Sequence record: PP400778
From: Escherichia phage FL15
Length of the DNA stretch: 64,000 bases
Reading direction: 5' to 3' (one strand)
The notes beneath the pieces are model-generated. The model was not told where the DNA came from. It made no database searches and saw only the letters and a list, made by a program, of their open reading frames with translations. Made by a program: the position numbers and the translations under genes. Positions 1-10,300 of the stretch are shown here, piece after piece. The number at the start of each line of letters is the position of its first letter. Positions within the stretch are counted from its first letter, which is position 1.

Positions 1-160
1 AGGCTGTAGCCATCTTTTTAGTGGTCAGTAATGGGAAACCCTTGCTTAAATCAATTCGCATCTCTGCGCCGAATTTAGAGAGCGTACCTACCCCCGTGCG
101 GTCTTCACGAGGCCAGCCATTATCAAGAACATCACGCAACAGTTTCAAATATTCTTTCAT
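1..160 (-). CDS. td: thymidylate synthase, 5' part only (C-terminus lies beyond window start)
   Basis: Minus-strand ORF from ATG at 160 reads [51 protein letters not shown], the conserved ThyA N-terminus; runs off the window edge. Confidence 0.85.
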   Translation of the reverse strand, partial: MKEYLKLLRDVLDNGWPREDRTGVGTLSKFGAEMRIDLSKGFPLLTTKKMATA

Positions 161-395
161 CCCACTTCCCCTTTTTCTTTGCTTTCTTACGCAGTTTGGC
201 TACTGTCTCGCTAATGTTAATAAAAATATCGTCTGGACCGAATACAGTAACAGGTCTTGATATATCGCTATTTTCTTGTACAGGAAACCATGACGCTTTC
301 GATTCATCATAGAGATATTGCAACCCGTAAAGATCTTCTGCTACTGCGTAGTTTTCATTGGTTGCCGGCCATAATCGAATAATACTGATTTTCAT
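132..395 (-). CDS. hypothetical small protein between frd and td
   Basis: ORF with internal ATG ([16 protein letters not shown]...), overlaps td start in another frame; no recognisable motif. Confidence 0.3.
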   Translation of the reverse strand: MKISIIRLWPATNENYAVAEDLYGLQYLYDESKASWFPVQENSDISRPVTVFGPDDIFINISETVAKLRKKAKKKGKWDERIFETVA

Positions 396-488
396 TATTG
401 TTCCCGTCCGCAGTGTAAACACCGACTACCAGCAAACATCAAAGATTCACCACAATGTTTGCACTCATAATCTGTCAGAATTTTCATG

Positions 489-1070
489 TTACGCCTTCTT
501 ACGTTCTAAAATTTGTTCGCTGATCAGGTAATCATCAAGGAAGTAATTATGTTCTTCTTTGGTTACAAAGTCAAAATATAATTCCTGAATCATTTCCTTA
601 GAGATACCAACATCATATTCAAATGGATCGTTGATTCCTGAACGTTGAACATACGTTAACACAATACGATCCGCAAAGTCAACCGCTTTTTCAATCAGGG
701 AAGGTCCGCCGATAACACTTACCAAACCTTGCAATTTCTCTATGACTTCTAATAATTCCTTCAATCCACCATCATTAGTAATCGCGGTATACACATCTGG
801 TTGGTCGCCGTTTTTTGCTTTCGGTGCTGGCTTACTGGTATCGGTGCTAACAACCACATTCACACGACCTTCCAGTGCTTTAGGGAGACTTTCAAAGGTA
901 TTACGTCCCATTACAACCGCCGCAAGTTCAACATCTCCCATAGTGCGCATTTTAAAGTTTTCCATGTCCTTTTTAATTGGACGCCCCCAGGGTAAACCGC
1001 CTTTAAAACCAAAAGCCCAATTTTCATCTGACATTTTAGTGTCACCAATAGCAAATACACATTGAATCAT
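489..1070 (-). CDS. frd: dihydrofolate reductase
   Basis: 193 aa; GGLPWGRP, VVMGRNTFESLP and VIGGPSL motifs typical of DHFR; T4 frd position next to td. Confidence 0.9.
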   Translation of the reverse strand: MIQCVFAIGDTKMSDENWAFGFKGGLPWGRPIKKDMENFKMRTMGDVELAAVVMGRNTFESLPKALEGRVNVVVSTDTSKPAPKAKNGDQPDVYTAITNDGGLKELLEVIEKLQGLVSVIGGPSLIEKAVDFADRIVLTYVQRSGINDPFEYDVGISKEMIQELYFDFVTKEEHNYFLDDYLISEQILERKKA

Positions 1071-1085
1071 AATATAAATCTCCCA

Positions 1086-1414
1086 TCAAATCAGTTTGAA
1101 ATAGTTTTCGTTTACATTTTCTTCTGTGATTGCTGTCTTAAATTCTTGACCGTTATCCGGTGTGATGAAATAACGGTCAGAATAATCACGAAAACGTTTT
1201 AAGTGAGATACCCCAACATTAACACCATTTTCCCAAAAACGAAAGGTAATCATTTTTGGTTCATATCGATAGTCGCTGGTTAACACAGTACCATCCCCGC
1301 GACGGGCTTCATAAACCGTAATACATTCACGATTAGCGGCTTTAAGGCATTCTTCAATAGTGCCGCACGAGATAATACTTACTTTTTCATCTACGATTTG
1401 TTCTACAGTCCACA
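1086..1414 (-). CDS. hypothetical protein
   Basis: ORF; likely start at ATG 1414 (MWTVEQ...) preceded by AGAGAGGA SD; the longer track ORF would include the promoter -10. Confidence 0.55.
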
Positions 1415-1446
1415 TAATATCATCCTCTCTTTGTTTCGATATGTGC

Positions 1447-1475
1447 ATTATACACTATTGCGTTACGCTGTCAAC
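1447..1475 (-). promoter_or_regulatory. sigma70-type early promoter (TTGACA-17-TATAAT)
   Basis: Minus strand TTGACA (1470-1475), 17-nt spacer, TATAAT (1447-1452), followed by conserved leader ATCGAAACAAAGAGAGGA. Confidence 0.6.
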
Positions 1476-2642
1476 TCTTTTTCAAAAGATTTTACGATAT
1501 ACATGATGGTGCTCAATTCGGACGGCGCTACTGTCTCTGTGTAGCCATCCGGCATATCTTCTTTCGAGATATAGGAAGTTTTACCTTTCATTACTTCCTT
1601 GATTTTGTTCTCTAATTCTAAGATCTTTTGACCGTCTTGTAAAGTCAATTCATAAAAGATCTCATGATCGAACTTTGAAACACGAGATTGGTTTCTCATG
1701 CGCTCATGTGTTTCTTTGTTTGTTATTCCAAATTTCACGCCAACAAAGGAATCATTGTTGGTTAATTTCTGTATATAAAGAGTTCCTGTCTTTAATGCCT
1801 GATAACCATGCTTAGAACACAACGGGCAGCGTGTTCCGCGATTAACAAAATTATCAATAGTTACATCCCATTCATGGTTACGTTCGCATGTCAGAAGTAT
1901 TCTTGTTAATGCACCTTTCCACTTTCCTGAAATCCCAATAAATTTTAGTCTGTTGGTTTCGCATATTTTTTTCAATTTGTTTTAATCGGTCACTTTTTGT
2001 TATTGGTGCTGTTCCGCTACATTTGCGACACCGACGACCTAGTTTGAACTTATCATAACTTTGTTCGTAAATGTGATTATTAGGACACTCAAATTTAAGT
2101 TTAGTTTTTGTTCCTCTCCATTCCCCAATTATACCCAAAAATTTATAATCTCCTTTATTTTCATTTATATAAGATAAGGAATCTTCTTTATCATGCATCT
2201 TGCCCCCGTTACATAAAGGACATCTTGTTTTTTGATGAATGAAATCTGTATATGTTGGTTGGTATGTGTGTCCGTTTGTACAGTTCATAATGAGTCTTGT
2301 TCTGCTATTTTTATACTCCCCACCAACAAAACCAACAAATACATCGTTTGTTTCTTGTTTTATTCTTTCTATCACATTGTTTGGGTTTAATCTTTGAGAA
2401 TCAACCACACATTTCTTACACGAAACGTTTTTCCTGATATTTGCTAGAGTTGATGTGTATTCATGCTTGTTATTACATAATATAAGAGCTTTTGTTTTGA
2501 GACCAGACCATTCTCCAACAAACCCCATGAAAGAATAACCAACTTCCAAACATGAATTTTTTACAACATTTTCCCAATAGAAGGGAGTTTTCGTGTTTCC
2601 TTTTATTTCTATACTAATCTCATGTGCTTGACGTACTAACAT
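1463..2642 (-). CDS. protein with four tandem ~65-aa Cys/His zinc-ribbon-like repeats, interrupted by a frameshift in an A7 run (ORFs 1878..2642 and 1463..1975)
   Basis: Repeats G-[FI]-x-G-x-W-x-G-x-x-T-[KR]...C-x3-H...C-x2-C occur 3x in the upstream ORF and 1x in the overlapping downstream ORF; linker lengths match only if one A is removed from the A7 run (plus T7 at 1966-1972). Start ATG 2642 has a GGAGGA SD. Confidence 0.55.
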
Positions 2643-2672
2643 ATTTTTATCCTCCGTTGTTTCGATGATTGT

Positions 2673-2700
2673 ATTATACATTACCACATCAGCATGTCAA
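2673..2700 (-). promoter_or_regulatory. sigma70-type early promoter (TTGACA-16-TATAAT)
   Basis: Minus strand TTGACA (2695-2700) and TATAAT (2673-2678), then leader CATCGAAACAACGGAGGA upstream of ATG 2642. Confidence 0.55.
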
Positions 2701-2723
2701 TACATTTTCATAAAATTTTAGGC

Positions 2724-2754
2724 AATAAAAAAAGCCTTCCCGAAGGAAGGCTTT
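2724..2754 (-). terminator. intrinsic terminator downstream of gene 32
   Basis: Hairpin AAGCCTTCC-CGAA-GGAAGGCTT followed by a U-run on the minus strand, just after the gene 32 stop. Confidence 0.7.
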
Positions 2755-2762
2755 AAAATTCA

Positions 2763-3731
2763 TTACATCCCTAACAGAGCGTCAAGATCATCCAGATCAG
2801 AAGCGGAGGAAGTACCGCCACCCAGGTCCAGAGATGCCATCAGGTCATCAGCGGAAGAATCTAACGCCGTGCTAGCTGCGTTAATACCAACTACAGTGCT
2901 AGCTGCGGTAGTACCAGCGTCGAATGCATTCATCTGTGCGTCAAAATCATCAAGCTGGCTGTTAATCGCTGCCGCAGCACTGGAAGCCGCAGCACCAGCT
3001 ACCATAGAAACGCCCATAGTTTTCTTAAATTTGGTTTCCAGTTCATCGAACGGTTTAAACTGGCTAGGTGCTACAATCTCACTCAGATCAACCATGTTTT
3101 CCATCAGATATTTCTGATATGCTTCGTCTTCAATTTTCGGAAGCTGTGATTGCTGCATGAAACGAGAATCATCATAGTTCTGGTGTTTATCAACCTTCTT
3201 AGCTTTCAGGAGGAAGTTAGCACCGGAGAACACACAAGTTACATCTACCGGAACTTCGCCCATGTCGGTATTCACGTTCACCATTGCAACGATCTTATCA
3301 TAAATTTTCTGACCGAAGCGGAATTTGAATACCTTACCTTCATTTTCTGGTGCTTGAGGATCTTTCAGTACCAGAATGTTTGCGTAGTAAGACGCTTTAC
3401 GCTTAATCAGTTGCCATTCGGTTTTATCGGTATTGTACAAGTCTTTTTCGTTAATATATTTGCACACAGGGCAAGAATCAAAATCACCGTGGGTGCTGGA
3501 GCAGTTTTCCCAATACCATTTGCCATTAACTTTGAAGGAATGGTTTACCAGTTTCACAATCGGCAGACCGTCTTCTGTCTTAGACGGCAGGAAGCGAATC
3601 AGGGCTTCACCGTTACCTGCTGCATCAGTCTTAATCTTCCACTCTTTCGGATCTTCTTTGGAGAAACCGTTGCCACCTTTCAGTGCGGCCAGTTGAGCTT
3701 GCAGTCTGGAAGAATCTTGGCGTTTAAACAT
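2763..3731 (-). CDS. 32: single-stranded DNA-binding protein gp32
   Basis: Strong similarity to T4 gp32 ([28 protein letters not shown], acidic C-terminal tail); start at MFKRQ with AAGGAA SD. Confidence 0.95.
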   Translation of the reverse strand: MFKRQDSSRLQAQLAALKGGNGFSKEDPKEWKIKTDAAGNGEALIRFLPSKTEDGLPIVKLVNHSFKVNGKWYWENCSSTHGDFDSCPVCKYINEKDLYNTDKTEWQLIKRKASYYANILVLKDPQAPENEGKVFKFRFGQKIYDKIVAMVNVNTDMGEVPVDVTCVFSGANFLLKAKKVDKHQNYDDSRFMQQSQLPKIEDEAYQKYLMENMVDLSEIVAPSQFKPFDELETKFKKTMGVSMVAGAAASSAAAAINSQLDDFDAQMNAFDAGTTAASTVVGINAASTALDSSADDLMASLDLGGGTSSASDLDDLDALLGM

Positions 3732-3767
3732 ATTCACTATTCCTTCTTTTGATTAATTTACTAGACT

Positions 3768-3795
3768 ATTATACAGATTTAAATTTACTTGTCAA
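3768..3795 (-). promoter_or_regulatory. sigma70-type promoter upstream of gene 32
   Basis: Minus strand TTGACA (3790-3795), 16-nt spacer, TATAAT (3768-3773). Confidence 0.55.
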
Positions 3796-4472
3796 CTATT
3801 TGTTTCGGCTTTTAATTGAGATATTTCTTTACACTCTTTAACTACTTTAACAAATAATGCTCTTGCTTTTGCGGCGTCAATAACAAGTAGTTTCTTGTAC
3901 GCCTTCATTTTAACACTATAAGTTTGCCAAATCAAGTCTTTGGCTACCTTGTCGTGTTCGTCGATTATATTTAGAAAGCTATCTAACAACATAAACGACT
4001 CAAACGATATAATCCGATTTTGCAGTAGTTTAAAGATACCGCTAGTTTCGGTTGCGGGATTATATGTAATTAGCTCTTTAAGAGTAACCCCGCGTTTCTC
4101 TGAGAAGTATACAAGACTTTTAATGTCATCGTCAAATCGTGTTGCCGCATCAGTGATTTTACCGATGTACTCCATGTAAAACCCGTATGCGTCAACATCG
4201 GTGATTTCACCTACCCATGCATCGGTATTAGCTACCAGATTGCTTAGGAATAGGAAGTATAATTCTCTTAGATTGTACTTTTCCGCTAATTTTGCGAAAT
4301 AATACTTATCTCTGCGTTTATTGAATGCGGCATCAGACAACCGCATCCTCCAATTGTATTTTACGCAATCATAACGCCCGTTCATATGAGCTTTCATCAT
4401 GCAATATAACATATACACAGATTTAGCATTAATTCGCATATCTGGATCTGGAGGAAGACGGTTTCTGATCAT
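3792..4472 (-). CDS. 59: helicase-loading protein gp59
   Basis: 226 aa; matches T4 gp59 (GKSVY, HMNGRYD, KYNW.MR.SDAA, NLVAN.DAW, ISFE.F.LLDSFLNIID). Confidence 0.9.
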   Translation of the reverse strand: MIRNRLPPDPDMRINAKSVYMLYCMMKAHMNGRYDCVKYNWRMRLSDAAFNKRRDKYYFAKLAEKYNLRELYFLFLSNLVANTDAWVGEITDVDAYGFYMEYIGKITDAATRFDDDIKSLVYFSEKRGVTLKELITYNPATETSGIFKLLQNRIISFESFMLLDSFLNIIDEHDKVAKDLIWQTYSVKMKAYKKLLVIDAAKARALFVKVVKECKEISQLKAETNS

Positions 4473-4481
4473 ACATACCCC

Positions 4482-4736
4482 TTAAATATCGAGAGTGTTG
4501 GTCGGTTCGTCGATCACTCCCTTCCTGAGCGTTCTATTTACTATACATTCTTGTGTGATCTTGTCAATAATGGACACCGGAATATATTTCTGATAGTGAC
4601 CATATTCTATAGAGTTTTCCTCTACAAACTGAGTTGTCGCTTCAAGATAAGTCAATCCCTCTTCAACAACCAGTTTTTCGATTGCAAGACCGTTTGCTGT
4701 TTTATTCGCGGCTTTTACCGCATGTTCATTAAGCAT
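4482..4736 (-). CDS. 33: late transcription co-activator gp33
   Basis: Matches T4 gp33 (IEK.V.E.G.TYLEATT.F.EENSI, C-terminal NTLD); exact start ambiguous. Confidence 0.75.
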   Translation of the reverse strand: MLNEHAVKAANKTANGLAIEKLVVEEGLTYLEATTQFVEENSIEYGHYQKYIPVSIIDKITQECIVNRTLRKGVIDEPTNTLDI

Positions 4737-5004
4737 TGAACACCCGATCATAGAGTTCTACTGCTTCATCGCGTTCTGCTTCGAAGGTTTCGCGCTGTTG
4801 CTGGTGATACAGTTTAAACAGAATGCCCCACATTTTACCATCTACGCCTAATTCTTCTTTAGCACGCTGTTTGATCTCTTTGATCTTATCGCCGTATGCT
4901 TCTTGAATGGTTTTCTGATCGCTGGCTTCTTTAATCAGTTGTGCCAGGGTATTTCCGTGTACATTTTCGTCAAATACTACTTTTTCTTTTTTCTGTTCAG
5001 TCAT
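4729..5004 (-). CDS. dsbA: double-stranded DNA-binding protein DsbA
   Basis: 91 aa; matches T4 DsbA (FIKEASD, AKEELGVDGKM, VELYD.VF). Confidence 0.85.
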   Translation of the reverse strand: MTEQKKEKVVFDENVHGNTLAQLIKEASDQKTIQEAYGDKIKEIKQRAKEELGVDGKMWGILFKLYHQQQRETFEAERDEAVELYDRVFNA

Positions 5005-5008
5005 AATA

Positions 5009-5605
5009 TTAACCCTCTTTCGTCATTAATTGAAAACCACGTTCAGCTTTTGAAATTTCGCTAGGACTTAAATCGTCACCAACATATTCTAGCATCATTT
5101 CTCGGATAATGTCAAGTGCTTTTTCATCACCTGATTTTAACTCGAACTCAAGTTCATAGTGAGCCTCTCCCATTCTTTCGCCGACTTTGCAATAATAGAA
5201 AGTGTCTTTGCACATTTCCACTATAGCACCCTCAAGGTCAAGTGTCAATGACTTGCGGTATGTCATTACTTGCAATAAAGGAACGATAAGGTCGGAGTTT
5301 ACGCCTAGACTATCAACATAATGATAGAAATCATCCATTGTTGAAAAAGTAATTTCTTCTCGGTTGAAGAGTCCAGATTCACTATCACCTATTTTGACCA
5401 TGATCAATGATCTATTAACGTCAAGTCGAGCATAAATTCCTTTTCGACGCAGTGCATGATCTTCGGTATCATAATAAAATTCGTGTTTTAGAGTGTTAGC
5501 ACGATCTACTAGATTGTATCCGTCATACATTGCTACCCACAAATCACAGATTGTTTCGACGCCAATTTGTGAGTGTGCATAGTATTTTAATTCAAGTTCT
5601 TTCAT
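5009..5605 (-). CDS. CYTH-domain protein (triphosphate tunnel metalloenzyme family, YgiF N-domain-like)
   Basis: 198 aa; N-terminal ELELKY (ExExK), FYYDTEDHALRRKG...R, ELEFELKSGDEKAL and C-terminal SKAERGF all match CYTH signature positions. Confidence 0.75.
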   Translation of the reverse strand: MKELELKYYAHSQIGVETICDLWVAMYDGYNLVDRANTLKHEFYYDTEDHALRRKGIYARLDVNRSLIMVKIGDSESGLFNREEITFSTMDDFYHYVDSLGVNSDLIVPLLQVMTYRKSLTLDLEGAIVEMCKDTFYYCKVGERMGEAHYELEFELKSGDEKALDIIREMMLEYVGDDLSPSEISKAERGFQLMTKEG

Positions 5606-5615
5606 ATGTCAACCC

Positions 5616-6563
5616 TTAGAACTCACCAATTTTCTGCAACATTTTAACTAACGCATTTGTTACAAAATAGTTATAAATTTTACCGCGTGGCGCTGGTTTA
5701 GATTTTTCCCATGCTAACAAAATTTCATATTCGATGTTATCAGGAATAAATTCAAAATCAATAAGTTCGCGGTTTTCGTCAAAGCGTCGTGCTTCTTCCT
5801 CTGTCATCAAAGACTTTGGATCTTTGGCATCGAAAATTTGCTCTAACCATTTGGTTGCAATTGGTTTAGCTCGTTCTCCTTCCAGTCGTGAGATAATGAA
5901 ATCACTACGGCACTTGATCGAAGCTACACCGTCTTTTGCGTCACCCTTAACACATTTTACCATAAGGTCTTTGTAAGGGCTACCATATTTGCATTTCTTC
6001 CATGCTTTCTGTACTGGCGCCCACTGTTTCACATTTTTGTATTTGTGCAACTGTGTGTAGTCACCATCGCCGGAGTTGATCAGCACCTGGCGACCTTCGA
6101 CAGAAAACTTTTTAGTTAACACAGCGATTATATCATCCGCTTCAACTTTGTCAACCTTAATAACGTGATAAGGCATGTTCTCTTTAAACTCTTCGGTGAT
6201 CTTATTGATCGCAGCAAAAATCATCTCCCAATCACGCGGATCTGCGTCTCGTTTTTCCTTACGGTTGCGTTTATAGTAAGGTGCGATATCACGTCGCCAG
6301 TAACCTTTGCTTGAATCAAAGGCAAGTACCGTAATTGGGTATTGCTCTTTGAATTTTGTCATATTATAACGCATGGTGTCAAGGATAAGATGACGGATCA
6401 TGCCTTCATTAATAGGGTCTTCCGGTTTAAAGGTATGCGAGATAGTAGCAATCATAAGCTGCGACATATCAATCAAATGCACACCTTCCGGTAGTTTATC
6501 TTCTGGATCATCAAAGAAATCATTAAGTGTAGCGGTAGTTTTTGTAAACGGGTTATACGTCAT
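5616..6563 (-). CDS. rnh: RNase H / 5'-3' flap exonuclease
   Basis: 315 aa; matches T4 RNase H (GYWRRD, YYK.NR, VEADD.IAVL, SGDGD.TQLHKY.NVKQW, PRGKIY.YFV). Confidence 0.95.
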   Translation of the reverse strand: MTYNPFTKTTATLNDFFDDPEDKLPEGVHLIDMSQLMIATISHTFKPEDPINEGMIRHLILDTMRYNMTKFKEQYPITVLAFDSSKGYWRRDIAPYYKRNRKEKRDADPRDWEMIFAAINKITEEFKENMPYHVIKVDKVEADDIIAVLTKKFSVEGRQVLINSGDGDYTQLHKYKNVKQWAPVQKAWKKCKYGSPYKDLMVKCVKGDAKDGVASIKCRSDFIISRLEGERAKPIATKWLEQIFDAKDPKSLMTEEEARRFDENRELIDFEFIPDNIEYEILLAWEKSKPAPRGKIYNYFVTNALVKMLQKIGEF

Positions 6564-6565
6564 AA

Positions 6566-6751
6566 TTAAGTTCTCTCCACTCTCACAACAACATATTCGC
6601 CAAACGAGTTAGATACTTCACGATCATACCCGTACTTCTCCATAACTCGCAGAATTGCATTGTTTAGTTCTGCGCGAAAATAATTATAATCCTTATCAGG
6701 TATTCTGTCAACTATCCATTTTGCACCGTCTGACAAATCAACTTTAACCAT
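6566..6751 (-). CDS. hypothetical small protein
   Basis: 61-aa ORF with AAGAGGA SD, packed between the HNH gene and rnh. Confidence 0.55.
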   Translation of the reverse strand: MVKVDLSDGAKWIVDRIPDKDYNYFRAELNNAILRVMEKYGYDREVSNSFGEYVVVRVERT

Positions 6752-6757
6752 AATATA

Positions 6758-7321
6758 TCATCCTCTTTTTGGAAAATTTAAATAAGCATACTCGCCAACT
6801 ATTTCATGTGCTGCACGGTCATAAGCCTTAGCCGCCTCAACTTCTGTCTCAAAGTATCCTAGATGTATATTCTTTCGATTGATAACAATATACGCCTTCC
6901 ACGGCTTTTTCTTGCTTGGTGATAATGATACACCTTTATATTTGCTATGGCAAGCCTTTTTCTTTGAGACGTTAAACTGATTTTGCTGTTCGGTTGCTTC
7001 TCTCATGTTTGACGGTCTATTGTTAGTTTTGTCTTGGTCTATGTGATCTATTCGTTCAACCTGAGTACCATACTCTAAAAACCAGACAACTCTATGTACA
7101 AACAGATTAAGTTTATGACCATTGTTGTAAAATGTAAAGTATAAATATCCTTCTTTATGGAGACATACCCTTACCACATCACCTTTTTTGTATATGGACC
7201 CTTCTTTTCGGAATCCAGCAGCTACAGAATCCTTTAAATGGTATAATATTCCATCGACATGATAGAATCTACCTTTTATCGCTTTCTGTGTCTCGATATC
7301 CCAAAATTTTGTTTTTGCCAC
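6758..7321 (-). CDS. free-standing HNH homing endonuclease with AP2 DNA-binding domain
   Basis: HNH motif (HRVVWFLEYG...IDHID.DK.NNRPSNMREAT) and AP2-like YKGVS...WKAYI...HLGYFETEVEAAKAYD; likely GTG start with GAGGTG SD; paralog at 30558-31121. Confidence 0.8.
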   Translation of the reverse strand: MAKTKFWDIETQKAIKGRFYHVDGILYHLKDSVAAGFRKEGSIYKKGDVVRVCLHKEGYLYFTFYNNGHKLNLFVHRVVWFLEYGTQVERIDHIDQDKTNNRPSNMREATEQQNQFNVSKKKACHSKYKGVSLSPSKKKPWKAYIVINRKNIHLGYFETEVEAAKAYDRAAHEIVGEYAYLNFPKRG

Positions 7322-7373
7322 AACAAACACCTCACACAATAAATAATTTCATATTATAACAGGAGACCCAATA

Positions 7374-10300
7374 ATGGCAGATTTTTCTCAACATTTCAAG
7401 GCCACATTTGGCTTTGACGCTGGTAATGAAAAGGTCGTCAATGTAGCATACGCAGATAAAAACACATCAACGGATGCGGTCAACGTTGAATTTTTCAATT
7501 ACCATAATGGTATTACTCAGTATGACACAACTCGCGGTTATGATCAATACGGCACTACAATCTATCAAAACCGTCCGTATTATGCAAAAGAAGATATCGC
7601 AAAACCAGCAGGTGACTTTGACCCGACTAAATGGCAAGCACTGCGCACGGACCCACGTTGGGATTATGTTGCAGCAACTTCCGGCGATACTCCTTTAAAG
7701 TCCGGTGACTATATCGCAGCGGACTGTCAGTTTGCAAACTTGACATTCTCAATGCCTACTAATCCGGTAGAGGGCGACACTATAACAGTAAAAGATATCG
7801 GTGGCAAGTGTGGTGTTAACGAATTATCGTTCTTGAGTACAGGACATGAGTTTTACCATAATGGTAATGTGTATAACAGAAAATGGTATTGCACTACCCC
7901 GTATGCAATGAACTATTTCATCTTTGTTCGGAATCGTTGGCATGTTTATCAGACAGGAACAGAGCCACGCGGTGTGTACGCACAGCCAGCGATTGATGCT
8001 ATTCAAATGCAGAATGGTGATCAGGTATTTCGTCGTAGTTCGTTGGGTAATATTACCTTAGTGCTTCCTAAGTTTGCCAACAATGGCGACATGATCCAGA
8101 CTACAGACCTTGACGGATTAACCGCAACCAACCACGTTACGGTTAAAGTTCATGAGCACGCAGAAGAACAATCAATTGGCACGTCCGGTCTAAAAGAGAT
8201 TATCGGTAAGCGTAGCGGTCATGGTGTATTCATCTTTGACAAGACGGAAAACTTATGGCGTTTGTGGGATGGTGATCAGTCTGTTCGTCTTAAACCGATC
8301 ATCAATGACACTCGCTTGCAACCTAATAGCTATGTTTCTGTATTTGGTGGTCGTGATGTTACTCTGACGCTGCCGACCAATGTCGAGCCGGGTGATCGTA
8401 TTCAAGTTTCTATGCAGTATATGCACGGAAACCAGACTTGCCGAATCATTACCTCAGAAGAGGATACAAAAATCCTTATGCAGAAAAACATGGTTCAGTT
8501 TCCTAAGCGTAGCGAGTACCCATTCAATGGGACCGATACATGGACTGGAGTGTCTGAATTGTCTTTCAACGCTGCAAATGATTATGTACCTTATCTGGAG
8601 TTCTCTTATTCAGAAGGTGATGATGGTAAGAAATACTGGTTGGTGGCACATGCTCACCCGATTGTAGAACGAGTAGATCCGACTCGTAAAGATCGTGTTG
8701 GTGTAATTGCACTGGCTACCCAGGATGAAACAAACAAAAACCATGAAGATAATCCTAGCGACGAAGTTGCGGTGACTCCAAAGGTTCTGGCTAACAAAAC
8801 AGCCAACGAAACTCGACGCGGTATTGCTCGCATTGCGACTCAAGCGGAAACGCATCAAGATACTGGTTCCAGCTTCCTGGATGATGTTATCGTTACGCCT
8901 AAAAAGTTAAATGATTGTGTTGCTACCGAAGCCCGTCGTGGTGTAATGGAAATTGCAACTCAACATGAAACCAACGAAGGTTTAGACGATACTCGCGCAA
9001 TAACTCCTAAGAAGTTAGAAGAACGTCGCGCTTCCGAAGATCTCGCTGGTATTGCTGAAATTGTTCAGGTTGGCGGTAGTGCTGCCGCTCGACGTGGCGA
9101 AGCTGGTACAGGGATCTATAACATCAATGACCATGCTAAAATTGTTACGCCACAAAACATCAACGAAGTCAAGGCGACCGAAACTTCCCGTGGTGTTGGG
9201 TATCTGGCAACTGACGCGGAAGTGCAAGGGGCTACAGAATCAACCCCGCAAGATGCTTTACTAATCACGACTCGCACGCTAACGAAACGTACTGCTACCG
9301 AATCGCGTACTGGTATCGCTGAAATTGCAACTCAGGAAGAAACAAACTTAGGTCAAAGTGATAACCATATCATCACGCCTAAAAAGCTGCATACTCGCCG
9401 CGCAACGGAAACTTTACATGGTTTAGCAGAAATTGCAACCCAACCGGAGTTTGACGCAGGTCGTGACGATGCTCGCATTTCTACCCCATTGAAGATTAAA
9501 ACCTTCTTTGAGAATGCACAGCGTTTGAAAGTAGACCCGACTCAGGGGCTTAACCTTACTGGTGATTTGTGGCAAGGTATCATGATCAGCGGTCTGGATG
9601 CAACCGAAGACACAAAAGGTGTCGCTAAAGTTGCTACTACTCAGCTTACGGATGCTGGTCAAGATGATACTACAATCATCACTCCTAAAAAGCTGCAAGG
9701 CAAAAAGGCCACCGAAGGTAAAGAAGGTATTATCCGAGTTGGTACTCAAGCCGAAACCGTGGCTGGTGCACTGGCTAATGTAGCAATTTCTCCGAAGAAC
9801 TTCAAATATGTTGTTCAGACAGAGGATACATGGAAAGCAACCGAAGCACGTCGTGGTTTCTTGAAAGTTGCTACTCAGGAAAACTGTTTTGTTGGTGATA
9901 ATCTGCAAGGTTCTACTCAAGAACTAGGAAACTACCAGCATGACGGAATTGCTGTTACTCCGAAAGGATTAAACTACGCACTTGCTAATTTCTTACCTAA
10001 GATGGCAACCGCTCAGAATAGTTTGAAATTGGGTAACGTAGAGGCCGCTAAATGGGCGCGTAGAGACATTGACCAAATCATAGAGAGCAATTACACGTTT
10101 AATAAAAAAGTTAACGTGAAGGGCGATTTAGAGTGCTTAAAATCAGGTTCCTTTGAAACTCTGTCTGTGACTAAGAACTCGACCGATGTTCCGAGTAATG
10201 GTCATCTGGTGTTGGGTGAGCGTGGAGTTGACGGTCACACCGGAATTACTCTGCATGGCACAACCGCATCGGAAGGCATGAAAAACTCTTGGTCTATTAT

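Noticed and set aside
1975-2687. ORF-track N-terminal extensions using GTG/TTG starts (also at 1448, 7339, 46415, 60703, 59981)
   Set aside because: Extensions would include the promoter -10 or lack an SD; downstream ATG with SD chosen instead.
3150-3752. 200-aa plus-strand ORF
   Set aside because: Lies entirely antisense to gene 32, which has strong homology support; no SD or promoter of its own. Shadow ORF.
7320-7373. Sequence ATAAATAAT just upstream of gene 34 as a late promoter
   Set aside because: Does not match the strict TATAAATA core; the exact core at 7140-7147 inside the HNH gene is a better but still unverified candidate.
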